From: Nemertoderma westbladi
Lineage: Eukaryota > Animalia > Xenacoelomorpha
Reading direction: 5' to 3'
DNA length: 64,000 nucleotides
NCBI GenBank assembly: GCA_032718475.1
Contig: JAUCBJ010001139.1
Coordinates: 1-64,000 of the forward strand
In this document: in pieces, positions 50,282 through 60,996 of the stretch
Position numbering within the stretch: position 1 is the first letter of the stretch
Layout of the letters: every line of letters starts with the position of its first letter
The notes under the pieces: generated by a model
Told to the model about the DNA's origin: nothing
What the model saw: only the letters and a program-made list of their open reading frames with translations
Database searches by the model: none
Position numbers and translations under genes: made by a program

Positions 50282-51799
50282 TAAATCCTTATTTTGTTTA
50301 ATGGCGAATCCGAATAAAGGTAAGTTCTGACTTGTCAAGTTATAAATCTGTATAACCGTAACCGGTTTTATAACTATAACCGTATTTCCCTAAGTAATTT
50401 AATTACCTATTTCAAGCCTATACACTACTTAAATAATTAAACTTATTAAATAATTAAACTAATTAAATAATTAATTAGCTCTAAATACTCTAAGTAGGCC
50501 TACCTGTCTTTTTATAATAATTTACTTGTCATTAAGTGACAAACAAAAATGCTTTTACATCCAAACAAAAGGGAAATCCTGAAATTCCACTGTTCTTATC
50601 CGATTCCCACTACTTTCCTTTACTGCACTCTGTTGCTTAAAAGCAACACGGCTTATTTTGCGCCTCAGAATTACAAACGAACCTGTAAATAATTTGCAAT
50701 AATACATGTAATAGGTGCAGGATATACAAAAAATTCCGTTATTATTTTGTAAAATAAAATTAAAAAATTATAAAATTATCGCAGGAATAAAAAAAAAGCC
50801 GAACTAAAGACACACTTAGGCCTATAATCTAAAAATCACAATTATCTTTAACAGTAGGCCTATTAATGAACGGTAGATTTTTTTGCCCTATATTTTTTAC
50901 TCTTTTTGCCATATATTTTTTACTTAAGGGGGGGGGGGGGGGGGGGGGTAACACCCCCAAACATCACATTTTTGTGTCTCTGGACCATAAATTTGGGTGG
51001 AAATTATTTTTTGTGCTACTAAACATCGTCTGGACTGTGTGAGAATAATCAAACCAAATATTTTTAAGATTGGCCCCAAAATGGCTTCGTAGTGGCCAAA
51101 GGTGTCTTTTTGCGCCAAGGGCTATTTCTCCACCAATACTTGTTGAAATTTGGAATATAGGTTCAGAAGAACCCTGCATCCAATTCTTCTGAACAAATTT
51201 TGCCTCAAATGCTCTGGAGCCGTTTTAATACAAAATGGCCCCAAAAAGGGGCCTTTTTGGGCCTTTTTGATATAAAAATGCTTCAGGTCATTTCCAACCA
51301 AATTTGTTCAGTAGAAGTATGGAGAAGGGTAACCTTAACATGTGTACCAAATTTCAACTCATTTCAGTTAAAATTGGCGGAGAAATAGTATTTCCCATGA
51401 AAAAACGTCATTCTGAGATATGGGTGTTTAAAGTTTAAGGAACAATTCAAACCTTCCCGCTATTTTAGATAATACCATATTTCTATGTTCAACAATAATT
51501 TGTCAAAAATGAACGAAATTCAACGAATTTTTCACGCTTGTTAAACATATAACTAGTAAAACAACATTTATAGAATTTTAATCATATCTGTACCGTGATA
51601 GCCTTTTTTATGAAAATAGCCCGGTGGCTCAAACTCACGAAAAGTGGACAAAAAAATTTTTTGTAAAAAAAAACAATTTCCCAAAGTATGTAATATTATA
51701 TATCACCAGAAAGCTCTCGATGCGCTGAATTCAATGGTGGTAATTTCCCAATAGCCCCGACCTCATGGTAACAAATAATTGAGAAAAACTGATGTCCAT

Positions 51800-53400
51800 T
51801 CCTGTAACACTTGTCCCACAATGTAACGCCCGATATCAGCCAATCAGAGCCCTTGAATGGCGATTTCCGGTGCCGGTAACAATTTGTCCCACCATGTAAC
51901 ACCAGTTGTAATTACACTGAAATGTTAAATTAACCTAGATTTCGTCTCCGAGTGGGAGCTATGCAGCCATACCTGATCCCAGTAACACCTCCCAATAAAG
52001 CTTATTTGAAAATATAATCAATCTTAATAAATCATTATGGTCCTTATTTCTGTTTATTACTTATTATTCTATTAAGACTGTTTAATACTATGACTTTCTG
52101 TTTACTATTAAGTTTATAACTGTTATATCACTATAGCAGAGCAGTTAGTCAAAACCTGTAAATTGTTCATCAGTTTCATCTCCACCCTCCACAGATCCTC
52201 CTGTACTTCACACTCTGTCTCCCACACCCCCCACATATCCTCCTGTACTTCCCACTCCATCTTTCCCACCATCCACAGATCCTCCTGAGCTCCCCACTCC
52301 GTCTCCCACATCCTCCACAGATCCTCCTGTACTTCCCACTCCGTCTCCCACACCCTCCACAGATCCTCCTGTACTTCCTACTCCGTCTCACTCGCTTCTC
52401 CTCTCGCACGCCGAACTACTCCTCTCGCTCCTCCGATTGCTCCCCTTGCACCTCTACCTTTCTGACCTCAAACTGCTCCCCTCACAACTCTAACATTCTG
52501 CCCGCCCACCTCTAACACCTCCTCTTGCACTTATACCGCTATCCCCTGCCTCGCCACCTCCACCGATATCTCTCACGTCTCCCTTCCTTACATCATCAAC
52601 ATCCAGTTTTCCATCTTCCATTCTTCTTCAATAGTTTCAATGACACCTTCCGCCTGAGACACATGGACTACCACGCCATGCTCGATGCAGAATAATGGAC
52701 TTACTTTCTTACAAGAAATATTTATCATATAGATATCGCCACCCTGGTTATATATAATCTCGTGGGCCTTTCCAATTCCCTGGATGGGGCCTATGTTACT
52801 TGGTATGGTATCCTTTACCAGTTCCACATCATTAGCCGAGTATGAAAATATCTTGGTTTTAAAACGAGATTTCAGCATGGCAATTATGTCATTGAAGCTA
52901 GGGGTATCGCCATCAATGTGCATGCCAATAATGTTTGACAATGTCCTCTTAATCGTTCCACCAACTCCATCCGCTGGGCCCTTCCCGTGACCAGCTTCCA
53001 AATATAACGGATTTTCTTATTCTTAGCCTTAGCAATTTCATTAAATATAAATACAATTAATTGTCCTATTATTGCGGTTCTACTAAAGTGTTACAGGTGA
53101 GACATGTCCTACTCTGTAGCCCAAATTTATTCGATTTACATGTTACATGTGGGACGTCCCGCCCAGTAACGATTTTTTGTGTTACAAGCCTTTGTTACAG
53201 GTGGGACAAAGCTCATGCTGATAAATGTAAAAGCAACTAAAGTCTATTCCACAGTCAATTGTTGCCACAAATGATTACTCACGCAATAGACCAAGAACTT
53301 GGCTATCTGCTGATATTAGAATCTTCATATCACGTTTGTTAGAACTGATACTAGAGCATGGTAAAGCAGTGCACTTGGTGTTACACATGGGACAATCCTA
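51800..53400 (-). mobile_element. Internally deleted second Sola2-like element; outer boundaries not resolved
   Basis: ORF 52588-53001 carries LEAGHGKGPADGVGGTIKR, the same motif as the 16439-17449 transposase; inverted subterminal repeats TGTCCCA..TGTAAC (about 51812, 51885) and GTTACA..TGGGACA (about 53090-53395). Confidence 0.72.
52183..52390. repeat. 42-bp tandem repeat, five copies
   Basis: CACAGATCCTCCTGTACTTCCCACTCCGTCTCCCACACCCTC-like units at 52190, 52232, 52274, 52316, 52358. Confidence 0.88.
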
Positions 53401-53789
53401 ATTGACATAATCGACTCGCACGTATAAAACCAGCTATATCTCTGGTTGTGTTTTGTATTTTTTCGTAAATCTTGAATGTTCAACTTCCCGAAGACTTTCC
53501 TTTCAAATAAGAATTTAGTTTATAGAATCCCAATAAAAACCTTTTGGTGAATTCATGTGTTCCCGTTTGGGACAAGTAATTGTCAAAAATATGGGTATAT
53601 TATCTATTGTTTTATTTAAATATGATATCAATAAAACAATTTGGTAGTTATTCCATTGTATTCCTCTATTATTTTACTTTAAAATGAGCTATAACTTGTT
53701 GAAATACACCCAGTAGATGTCAAAATACATCCCCCAGAATACAATCAACTTTTTTGGACAATTGAAAAACCTACATTTTTTAGTACTAA

Positions 53790-53900
53790 GGGGCCGTCCA
53801 AGTATGACGTCTGCACTTTTCCCCAAAATGTTGACCCCCTCCCTCCCCTAAATCAGATGTCATCAGATAGGCGTTGACCCCCCTCCCCCCCTAAATCAGA
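53790..53900. mobile_element. One end of a MITE (GGGGCCGTCCA.. terminus after TAA)
   Basis: TAA|GGGGCCGTCCAAGTATGACGTC followed by two TTGACCCCCTCCC repeats, a layout typical of PIF/Harbinger- or Zator-like MITEs; partner end not identified. Confidence 0.45.
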
Positions 53901-55499
53901 TTAAAAAAAATTTTTTGTAATAAACTAATATATTACCACAGTACCGCAGAACCCCAGTACCTCAGTAGCACGCGTCCGAATCACTGAAACATGGTGACTG
54001 GTAACTGAAACAGAAGGTCGTGCTACGGGCCTTCGGGGGCTTCGAACAATTAAAATAGGTAAGCTACCCTGCAAACAATGTATTGTTAAAAAGCTGTTAT
54101 TAAAATGTTATTTAATGACATAGATAACATTATTTCAAATTGTTAGATTAATGATAAAAAAACTGTAAATTGGCCAAGAAATATGACGTTATATACTAAC
54201 GTTATTATTTCGTTTTTAATAACATTAAAATAACAAAGCCAGGATGTTTACATATATCATTACTTTTATGTTATTCCTTATCATTATTATTGTATTTTTA
54301 TTGACATTTAAATAACAACAGCATAATGTTTATTTAGATCGTTACTTTTATGTTATTTCTTAACATAAAAATATTGTTTGCTAAAGACGTAACGCCGTTC
54401 TGTATATCGTTCTTTATAATTGCCATTGCCAAACCCTTTATTGAAAAATTATATAACCAAGTTAACCAAGTTCAATTATAGAGCTCACAGGACGTAGTCG
54501 ATCGATAAACCAATTATTTTTGTAACTTATATTAATTTTAGCTCCAACAGCTAAGAATCACTACATTAGGTAAGGTAGGCATGCATATGTTCCCTTTCGG
54601 TAAGACGTACGTGCAATAAGTTTCGTATAAATTTGGATATTAAAGATGAATACGAGCTATAACGTTTTTATAAATTTTTTTATTAGTCATTAGACATTTT
54701 CCATACAAGCATAATTATTGTTTCGTACTTTCATTAAAAAAACCGATGTCTTTCAAAATAAATTTAAAACTTTCAAAATAAGTTCTAATATTTTCGTAAA
54801 ATATGTTATGAACAATCGCAGCACTAAAAAATCTGCTAGATTTTTTTGGCATCACAAGCTTTGATTTGATTCCAAAAGCGCCATTGAAAAATGGCTTGGG
54901 GGTAGGGGTTGGATTTGAAAATGGGGAAATGTCAATCCGAGATAATTGCCTTTAAAGTCTGAACCTTCCCGCTCGAAACTGTCTGAAGATGTAATAAACA
55001 AAGAAAGTCTAATTATATTTATCAATAAGAAAGCACAACACCTTGCTAAACTGTAGTCAGTTTCCACTTTTACAGAAATATATTATGTCGGTAGGTTCGG
55101 GTTTTTCATGGTTGCTGATTTAATTTTCGATCCCACGTTTGTTGGCTTCCAGGTTGCCGTGGCGTCGGTTATATTTTGACGGACAGGCAATCAGGCATGT
55201 AGACAAACGTGCTGCGCGAAGGCCCCTTTTTACAGAAAAATATTGACGTATATACCTGCATTATACCCAGTAATATATTATTTAAGTAGTCTTTTACAGA
55301 AATTGAATTTAAATTACATACATCAATTTACATAATTGTGCAAATAGCACATATATATAAGTGAACTACCGGTAACACATTATTATTGTTATATGAAAAG
55401 CTAATTAATAATGTTGAGTGCAACATTTAATTATATAATTCTTTAATTGTATTTAATTAACAGTTCTGCAATCCGAATCAATTGCGACTTTCGTTTTAG

Positions 55500-56159
55500 T
55501 TATATTTGGACTGAAAACAAGGGAGGTAATTGCCTTTTGAGGTCGTCCAGGATGTATTTGGCTACCGGAAATTCAGCCATGCTGCTTTCCCCTTCAATAT
55601 TCTTTTTTTCCGCTCTTTGTGCGAGTTTGTTGAGCCTCGAGATGGAATAGATAACCTGCCGCTGTACGGCATTGAGATCTGACTCTAAATCTTTCTTGTA
55701 TATCGCCTTGGTTGGTTTTCCTGCGATCTGGCCGGCTACGTCCTGCATGTTCTTTGCGAACGTCGCCATTTCGGATGTAACATCTGTTATCACGGCGATC
55801 AACTCGTCCAACTCAGTTTGCATGTCGATGAGTCTATTGTCGAGGTCGTCGTCTATGTACTTACGGATCCACTCGAGAACGCGGTTGCTATGGACGACGA
55901 GATCTCTAGTAACCTTGATTATGATCCCCAGTCGGAATATCCTCGCGTGTGTAGCTAGTGTCGGAACTTCTACACGACGCAGACTCTGGTACTTTCGCAC
56001 GGAACACGCCCTATGGATCGCCTCTGCCGCCTTCTCTTTTGCAAATTTCCTCTCCTTTTTATCGATTTCAGCTTTGATGGATTTGTAGAAAGTTGATAAG
56101 TCAACACTTCCCTCTTCCAATGAGATTATAGCTTCTCCAAGCAAAGTCCCCTTCGTCAT
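55500..56159 (-). CDS. Intronless divergent proteasome activator PA28 (PSME/11S REG)-like protein, 219 aa
   Basis: All-helical ORF whose residue spacing follows PA28 as recalled: STFYKSIKAE..F..K..E (cf. DSFRERITSE..F..K..E), RDLVVHSNRVLEWIRKYI (cf. RLLIEKCNTVKMWVQLLI), QIAGKPTKAIYKK (cf. KIAKYPHVEDYRR). By-eye alignment only. Confidence 0.6.
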   Translation of the reverse strand: MTKGTLLGEAIISLEEGSVDLSTFYKSIKAEIDKKERKFAKEKAAEAIHRACSVRKYQSLRRVEVPTLATHARIFRLGIIIKVTRDLVVHSNRVLEWIRKYIDDDLDNRLIDMQTELDELIAVITDVTSEMATFAKNMQDVAGQIAGKPTKAIYKKDLESDLNAVQRQVIYSISRLNKLAQRAEKKNIEGESSMAEFPVAKYILDDLKRQLPPLFSVQI

Positions 56160-56991
56160 AGTCCTTGGGATATTATTTATTCTTATTTTCTTTTTTATAA
56201 TAATTTGATTGTGATGTCGCTGGTAGTCAGTTTTCCCGATGTAAAAGGATTGTTGTATAAAAAGGAAAACAGTTAACGTGGTTTATAGGTTCCTCCCATA
56301 TTGATGAAAATGATGTATTGATATGACGCCAAAATATTTTTCCTCGCAACAAAATATATTGTAAGTGTGAGTTAGTTGGGTAGCTAAATAACATTGAACA
56401 ATTTAATTAGCAGGAAAGCTTATTATTAATGATCGTAGTCTAATTGGTTTGTTAACAGCTAGCTAGCCTGTTTATTTAGCACAGGGTACTAAAACCTTCC
56501 GGCTAGAATGCTCGTTCCCTATTGGCTATCATTGCCGGTGGATGTGTACGCTCGTTCGCTATTGGCGGAGGATGCATCTTTGTGCAAGGCAATAATCGGA
56601 AGGCGGGAGTTATGCTACTGCTGCAATGACTGCAGCTGTGACCTGCATTGAGGCAATTTTCTTAGCTATTAAATTGCTGGTAGTTTTAGTCTGCGTGTGT
56701 GAGGTGGGGATTTGGACTCCAGGGGTGATTTCAAGCTACGGACGTTTTTCCACATCCAATTACTGCAGAAAGGTCCAGATGTTTTTGCTTCTCGGTAATA
56801 TCCTGCTGGAATACAGATCGATAACAATTTATTAAAATCCTCCCTCAATCTAATGTAAACGGGAGAACTGGTCTAGTAGGCTTTGGTGTATTTGTATTGG
56901 GGTTGGTTATGTTATATATTATATATTATGTAATGTTACTCAAATTCTGAATACATTCTGTACAATTATTATGTGTATTAGGTTGAGTTTA

Positions 56992-57232
56992 GAGACAGGG
57001 GGGAAACCTGGATGCAAATCCCGCCTTGGCGAGTTAATATCCCGCCTCAATATTAATTTCTCAATTTAGGGAAAGGAGCAGGTTACAGTGGCACGTTATT
57101 TTAACCAAAACAATAAACTAAACACAATAGAACAGGATACAGTTTTATTTTTGAGAGTAATCATCTGTTATTTGCGTCCAATTTCCCCTGGAGAGGGATG
57201 AATTTGTATTGTGTCCAGTCCCTCCCCTTCTC
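56992..57232 (+). mobile_element. Short MITE, copy 2 (same family as 38964-39235)
   Basis: GAGACAGGGGG..CTGGATGCAA ... TTGTGTCCAGTCCCTCCCC; interior is the reverse complement of 38996-39207. Confidence 0.8.
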
Positions 57233-57823
57233 TGTGAGTTTGAGTTTTTTAACGAATTGCTTTGAATCCCTCTGCAAAGGATCGGTCATTATAAATCCCA
57301 TATAATCCCAAGTGATGACATTGCATTACTCACACTGCGACTCGCGATTACAATATGTCTATGACTCATCACGCCCCAAATACCACTATTCGAAAATCGA
57401 TAATTTAATAAAGTCTACATACAAATTTATTTGGTTAGATTGGGGTGGGCTCACGATATAGAGGATTAAATGAAATTAGGAAAAATATATTAAGTACTAA
57501 AATAAAAATAAATAAATTCATATTAAATTGTGAGAAGCTATAATGCCAGACTCCTACTATTGGAAGCGAGCAAAAACTAATAATTCAAAAATAAATAATT
57601 TAACATTACATTCACTACAACCGTTATAGACCGCCTCCTATACACTACTGGTCGCATTGATAGTCTTAATACTGAAACAAAATACGGATTATATGTCTCC
57701 CAACTATTACATATACATACCACATACGGGTAAGCCGGTAATATGTCATTATGTCATACATGAAGCAGTATTTACCCTGTTATGTTGTCTGTTACTGTTA
57801 CTTATAAAATAATTTTATCGCAG

Positions 57824-57945
57824 GTTCGGACACCCGTTTGAGTTGGCCTTACTGATTCAGAGCTTCGTTATGTTAACTGCAATGTTCGCCCTTCTTTATG
57901 TCTGTTGTAAAAATACGGCTGTTGTAACAAAGACGTCGTTTACAG
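57824..57945 (+). CDS. PQLC1: PQ-loop repeat protein 1 (SLC66A2)-like, internal exon
   Basis: cag|G TTC GGA.. encodes (W)FGHPFELALLIQSFVMLTAMFALL..SFT, ends G|gtaaa; phase matches the next exon. Confidence 0.85.
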
Positions 57946-58149
57946 GTAAAATGTTCTCATTTTGTAACATTGGGTTCAGATGAATGTAGATAAATCGTTC
58001 CGATGAGTGACTGACTGATACTCAATCCCCATTTTCACTGTTTTTGATCTTGTATGTTGTTCTGTTCTCTCTCTACTGCTATCCACAATCAAAATAATTT
58101 CAAAAAGTAAATTATATGCGGCCCTTTATGCCAGGGATTGCGCACAACG

Positions 58150-58372
58150 TCTGACGACTTATATTTCCACCCTGGTCCCCCCAAACTCTACTCCCCAGAT
58201 GAAATTCAAGTACTCATTTAGCTACCATTTAGTATGCAATGCAGATATGCGTCTTGGCTAGTCCCTTTAAAGCATTCGTGCCGAAAACTCCCTGGACCCC
58301 TTACAGGGATCGAACCCGCGACCTCCGGAGAGACGTAATTTCAAGGTAAACATTTACGCCAATGTGGGAGCG
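58150..58372 (-). mobile_element. tRNA-derived SINE, copy 2 (intronic)
   Basis: Minus strand A box TGGCGTAAATG, B box GGTTCGATCCC; body shared with 42880-43058. Confidence 0.78.
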
Positions 58373-58749
58373 ACCACCTTGTCCATTTAGGATATTATTT
58401 TTTGGTTCTCTATTGTCCATTTAAATATTCAATAATCAACAAAATAATACACAATTAATTAATTATTATATATTATTCAATTAATTATAAATAAGCTGCT
58501 TCTACTACACCCGATCTACTGCACCCGGTCCCCATGGATTTCTGTATTTTGCAGATAATTATCGGGCTAATTGTCGGGCCAGCGAATGTATACCTACATT
58601 ATATCGAAACTAACTAACACAAATTAGTTAAGTCAGTTATCAATTTCTACTATATAGTATAATGTTTATAATTTTATTGTGTTGTTGTTTGTTTATTTTC
58701 GATGCGTTTCGCTTACACTTTTTAGACTACTTTACTTAATGTATTCCAG

Positions 58750-58966
58750 ATTTCGACTATAACAATTTTTGGAAATGGAGTCATCTCTCGGACTACGTTC
58801 TTTGTACGTTGCTGTTCACGACTGCCGTTGGCACGGTGACCTACTTTTTACGGGGGAACTCCAATTACGTTGAGGTCTTAGGATTTGCAGCAGTCGCCCT
58901 GGAGGCCTGTCTGGGAGTGCCGCAGCTGGTTGAAAACTACAACAAACATACCACAATGGGAATGAG
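58750..58966 (+). CDS. PQLC1: PQLC1-like, internal exon with second PQ loop
   Basis: ccag|AT.. encodes DFDYNNFWKWSHLSDY..VEVLGFAAVALEACLGVPQLVENY..TMGMS, ends AG|gtagg. Confidence 0.9.
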
Positions 58967-59018
58967 GTAGGTCTAGCAATCGGAAGCAGGTTCGGAAATT
59001 AGTTTCCGGAGAATTATA

Positions 59019-59090
59019 TCCCGGACAATTTAGTCCCAGACAATTTAGTCCCGGACAATTTAGTCCCAGGCAATTTAGTCCAGGACAATT
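59019..59090. repeat. 15-bp tandem repeat (TCCCGGACAATTTAG), about five copies, intronic
   Basis: Directly visible. Confidence 0.8.
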
Positions 59091-59288
59091 CGCTCCCTGA
59101 CACTACACTGTCCATGTGGTCGTGGTGAGTGACAATCATACAATTATGTTCTGAAACACAGAACCAGCCCATTGCGATATTTTTGTCCTGTTTTTTTTTA
59201 ACTTCAAGTTAAACATACAAAGTTTTAGTTGCAATAAATTAACATTATTAACAACTATTAACAAAATCTACCACCTTATGTTTTTTAG

Positions 59289-59475
59289 TGTCTACATGGT
59301 GTTGGGTTGGTTAGTTGGAGACGTTTCCAAAACAATTTATTTTGTCGTGAAGCAAACTCCCATACAATTTGCGATATGTGGGACAGCCCAGATTGGGATT
59401 GACATACTTATACTGTCCCAAGTTGCATTATACTCCAGCAATCCGGGTCCCATACTAGCCACGTCAAAGAGTTGA
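59289..59475 (+). CDS. PQLC1: PQLC1-like, last coding exon
   Basis: ttttag|T GTC.. encodes VYMVLGWLVGDVSKTIYFVVKQTPIQFAICGTAQIGIDILILSQV..stop, matching the PQLC1 C-terminal pattern MV..W..GD.FKT.YF....P.QF..CG..Q...D..IL.Q. Confidence 0.9.
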
Positions 59476-60996
59476 TACAAGTATAGAAGCTAAACCTTCG
59501 CCGACTATCATATAATAGTTGAATAGCCTTTATCTACAATCCCTCCATAGTTTATTGACTGACAGTATCTTATAGATTATTTTATTTTATTTTATTTAGT
59601 AATTTCTTATAATTTAATTTTATTTAATATCTTTTCGTGGCAAATTTGCTAGTCAATCATTGTTCGTAATTTGTTATAGTTTATTTTTACGTAATAATTT
59701 TTATTGAAATTTAATTTTAAATTAATAACTTATAATAATATCTTAAATTTTACACGTATTTAGTTTAACACGTAATTTATGTACTGAATTACCCGTAATT
59801 TAGCATTGGTGCTCGTTTTGCTAACTTGTGCGCTATTTTAGGCGTATTTTAATAATTGGCTAACTGTATTTAATTATTAATAAATAGTCAGTTCAATCTT
59901 ATAATTTTTAATTCCGACATTGCTAACCGCTGTTAGCATTGGCTAACAACGTTACATTTAAGAAATTTACAATGAATTTGAAATTGTTGTACGGCTGTCG
60001 CGGCAAACTCTACAAACAAATAAAGATTTCTAAAAATTAAAATGTTAATTCTATAGCTACTCCTACTAACAGACTGGTCCGGTACTAGTGTGTAAACGGG
60101 ATCAGACTCTCGGGATCGGGATTATCCCGTTTTTCGGGATCGGGGTTACAATTTTGGATTAAATTACTTAAAGTTAATAGTCTATGTAGCGGGATTTGGG
60201 TAACACTCACTTTATCTTACACTTCTGAAATAATAGTAGTAAGATAAAGTTTTATTATTAAAACTTATAAATTAGTTATAAAGTTTTATATTTTATTCCA
60301 AAATTGTAACATTACTCAACGCCGTTAGTATTAGCGAGTTAGTGTCAGCGAGTTGTTATTTAGCACTTTACAACATTAGTGGACATTACAGCATTATATT
60401 GGCCTGTACATTTAGTATTGTATTGGGGATTATTATTTATGTAATGTCCCGACAGCGTGTTGTAAAGTCACGCTGTCATGGTTACCACATAAACAATAGG
60501 ATAGGCCTACTGCATTACCTACCGGTAGGCGGTATAGCTATTAATAACCAGTTGGGCCTAGCTATATTATTAACATGGCTCCAAATGCCACCATAAATAT
60601 AAGCTAATTTATTTATAACATAATTTATGTCATTTTTACAATTATTTATACAGCAACTAATATAATTTGTGCAGTTTCTATCACTTATAATATATATACA
60701 GTATATACAATCATTTCGTAATGTTAAAATTTTGGAATAAAACTACATACATATTTGTTGCAAAGTGCTTTACAGTGTTCTGATCCTCGTGGCTTTATTT
60801 TCACTCACTCACTAACGTTCGTTCGTGTAACAAAGCCGCATTGTAATGTGCTACTTTACTACTTTACACACAAGTATGTAAATAGTTATTGCAATCCAGT
60901 GTAATTATCATTACAGAGCGAAAACTTTACATAATAAAATTATATTTATTTTTTCACAATCACAAGTAAAATAGACTAGTAGTTGCTAAATAGAAG

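Noticed and set aside
54852-55067. Minus-strand ORF YSLARCCAFLLINIIRLSLF resembling the PQLC1 second helix
   Set aside because: Wrong strand relative to the other exons and no PQ motif; probably chance.
56626-56835. ORF with FST..C..LLL.NIL as candidate first PQLC1 exon
   Set aside because: No PQ motif, spacing does not fit, and no donor site giving the required TG|G split was found.
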